A stretch of DNA of 64,000 bases from Takakia lepidozioides (lineage: Eukaryota > Plantae > Bryophyta): NCBI GenBank assembly GCA_030704615.1, contig CM060731.1, positions 73,470,001-73,534,000 on the forward strand. The letters are read 5' to 3'. The notes beneath the pieces were generated by a model. It was not told where the DNA came from, did no database searches, and was given only the letters and a program-made list of their open reading frames with translations. The number at the start of each line of letters is the position of its first letter. Position 1 is the stretch's first letter. This document shows positions 61,146 to 64,000 of this stretch, one piece after another. The translations under genes were made by a program, and so were the position numbers.

Positions 61146-64000
61146 CTACCTATGTGTTGTATCCCGCTGCAATAGAGTATCGACCTCGTTGAAACTCAGA
61201 GTGGCCTGGTGAACGAAGTTGTCACGTTTGGGATCGCAAACCATCCTCTTCAAAAATACGAAATACAAATGTTTGCAGGGTATGAATTTACCTCTCTTGC
61301 CCAAACTGGTTGATGGCATATTCACAAAATCAGGACATGTGCAATTGGGAAAATTGGAAACCGTGATGTCGTAGGCCCTGTCATGAACAACAGATGTCGA
61401 AGTGATCATTGTGTACACCCGACCATATCCTGGATCGGGCACTTCCGTGGTGCTTGCAACACGAGCTTGGAGCATTCTTGCGGACTCCACTTTGCTGAAG
61501 TGTTCAGCGGTTGGAGGGAAACGCCGAACCAGCTTTCCATCTCATTTGGTTGGCCACAGGTGAGGATTTGCCGGGGGGACCCGAGAGGACGCAGAAGTAG
61601 AAACACATGTATGCAGTAGGGGTTGTCTCGCAAGGGAAAAGCCTGCCTCCTCCAGCATTGCAATCTCCTGACTTGTGAGATGTGTTCCCACCTTGATGGG
61701 CCAAACGGTTGGAGGAGCTGGCTTCATCACCACGGAAGGACGCACAGTTCCATGCACACATCTACCACAATCGTCTGCGCAAAACCAGAACTTATGGTTC
61801 TTTGCTTCTGGTTGGCCATATGGACGCATCAAACCCGTGAAAGTCGGAGCAGGAGTCCGGGCACCGCCTCTGGATATAAATGAAGTGCACTTCTCGAAAT
61901 TAGTTGCCCTGATCGCTGTACATTTCACACGAGACCCTGCACTTGTGCGTTCTATGTGCCAAACGTGGTCGGGGCATGTGGACTCCAGCACATCAAAGGG
62001 GTAGTTTCTCTCCTGCACCATTTCAGTGGCACTGTTAGATGCTGGAGCCTGCCGTCGAGTCGGAGGTTCCTCCAGAATGGAGGTTTCCGGACATGGATCT
62101 GTCATGCAGGGGAACACGAGGCTTCGAGAAGTTATTACGGTCTGCCCTGTATAAATCGGAATCCGAACCAGGTGGGGTGTTCAATTTCCTCTTACATGAG
62201 CCGAATCTCTCCTCCCCTTCAAGATGTGGAACTTTGAAACAAGTGGCGTTCCCTGGGCATACATGCTCACCGCCCGTGCTATCTTGCTTGGATCCCCAGA
62301 TTTGTTTGCAGCACGCAACATCAACTCTTGTTTGTCCGGACCCTTGCCACCAGCCCCTCCTCACAAGAAATCACGGTATCTGGTTTGTTGTTGCAAGGCA
62401 CGTATCAGATCATCTGTTGTTGCCACATACAAATCCCGACCTCGTTTCCCAGACTGTTGCAACCATGCATTGTGCACAATCTCTGCCAAATTGCAAGATG
62501 GCATGTCCGCCATTTCCTCAACGGACATGTTCTGCAAAGAGCAGAACCACACTTCAGAACAGTGCACAGGGAACAACATAAAGAAAGCAAGGAGAGCAAA
62601 ATTTGGAAAATAAATGTATGAATAAAGCTAGCAATACAAGCCTCGCACCATTGTCATGGCTGCTCCCCACTGTCTGTACTGGAAGTGCCAAAACGCCAGC
62701 GAATCTTCCAATGCTCTCATACTCTCAAGCGATGCAACTCCAAAAGAGAACCACCAAGCACGAATTGTCTGGAACAAAGTGTCCGTCTCCTTCATTGTTC
62801 TAGCATCTTTGTACTCTTTGCACAATTTACGGTGTTGTGTCTGCATCTTTGGTTTGATGTCCGACTTTGTATGTTTCTCCAAAGATTGTGTCCAATGGAA
62901 TAGACATGTATATTCTCTTCCCGGCATTGGCACTTTTGGGTTGCCTGATCCGAAGACAATTCGAACTGCATTGAAATTCGCCTGAGCACTTTCTGCCATA
63001 AAACCAACGAAATTTGGAGATGGCACCCCATGGCAGCCCATAACACGTACAAGGGAATTCCACATGAGCTTCTGGGATTCCGTATCCTCGGATTGCATGT
63101 CACAAACTGCAATTGTCATAACTCGTTGGTACACTGGATCGTATACATGACATTGTCGTCCAATCTTTCACTCGTTTCACATGATCAAACATAAGAAAAC
63201 AATTCTGCAGGTCCCCCGTCTTCTGCATCCGCTTCACGAGGCTAACCCCACTACCCTCCCCAGCAGTCGACATTTTGAAAAGAAAAACTTTGATGGCACC
63301 TTGACCTGGAAAAACATTGTCCTGGATGTAGTCGTACATGCATATGTAGCCTTTGATCCCAAAGCCCATTCTCAATGCATTGATCTGATGCCGAATGTTA
63401 GTTGAACTCAACGTGGAGAAATGATCCATGACAACATCGAGTGCTGCACCGTCAAGTTTAGTCCCCACAAAATTCCCTTCACTCAAAATATGGCTTTCCA
63501 AGAAGGACTTGCTTGCGCCAAGAGCAATTGCGGATGTTGTTGCGAATGGGTTTCTCTTGTACTCCTGTTTAATCAACCTCGATACTGTCTCAACACTCTC
63601 CCTGTAATCCCCCTTCGAGACAGGATGGTTATGGAAACCGAAATGCACACAAGCTCTTGTCATGGTTTTCAAACGGTGGACAACATAGTACATTCTTGCT
63701 CCACATAGCGCCAGGCAGGTTGGTACTAGTTTACAGAATTTGCAAACGAAAGCGGTTTCCGCTGGAGTAGTAGTCCCAGGCTTAAATGGATTTTCCGCGA
63801 GACCCTCCCACTCGCTTTGATTGTGAACCCCAGACTGAAGAAAGTGTCTGCAATTCAAATTATCACACCTAAGGTGTCCATTGCAAACTGTTCTCCTGAA
63901 AACAAGCTTGTCCTCATTTTGAATATTGGATGTTTTTGTTCTGCACCATGGGTGCCCGTCGTGTTTCTTGTCCATTCCGTGCATCATGTTTGTTATACCT
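61146..64000 (-). mobile_element. Second degenerate Mutator-like element: GCM-like Cys/His N-terminus, MULE-like core, SWIM; runs off the window
   Basis: DGHPW..CNGHLRCDNLNC..CKFC..C...CGARMYYV..HFGFHNHP; FDHVKRV..; TIAVCDMQSED..FMAESAQANFNAVR..CLFHW; NLAEIVHNAWLQQSG; CTCPDF..CKHLYFV. The coding sequence is split across frames. Confidence 0.8.

Overview
Gene-dense nuclear DNA of a eukaryote, most likely a non-seed land plant (inferred from short GT-AG introns, NdhS, TAB2, long PLS-DYW editing factors and bryophyte-type Mutator-like transposases). Genes in order: cytosolic ENGase (GH85, -), TAB2 (+), PAF1 (+), an intronless XRCC4-head/DUF3444 fusion ORF (-), an NHL-repeat protein (-) with a 5'-truncated LINE in an intron, a PLS-DYW PPR gene preceded by exons encoding an OSB-type PDF motif (+), NdhS (-), FRIGIDA-like (-), U11/U12-59K (+), a GDSL lipase pseudogene (+), a GT61 fragment, a second and longer PLS-DYW gene (+), a degenerate second copy of the PDF-motif exons (-), and two convergent degenerate Mutator-like/SWIM elements. 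The most notable signals: (1) a PDF (ssDNA-binding) module in front of a DYW deaminase-PPR gene, present twice, with the second copy possibly separated from its PPR exon by an inversion; (2) the XRCC4-DUF3444 chimera; (3) a non-LTR retroelement family whose copies all sit in (CT/GA)n tracts and share a 3' hairpin. Exon boundaries were read by eye and family assignments come from recalled motifs; no database searches were run.
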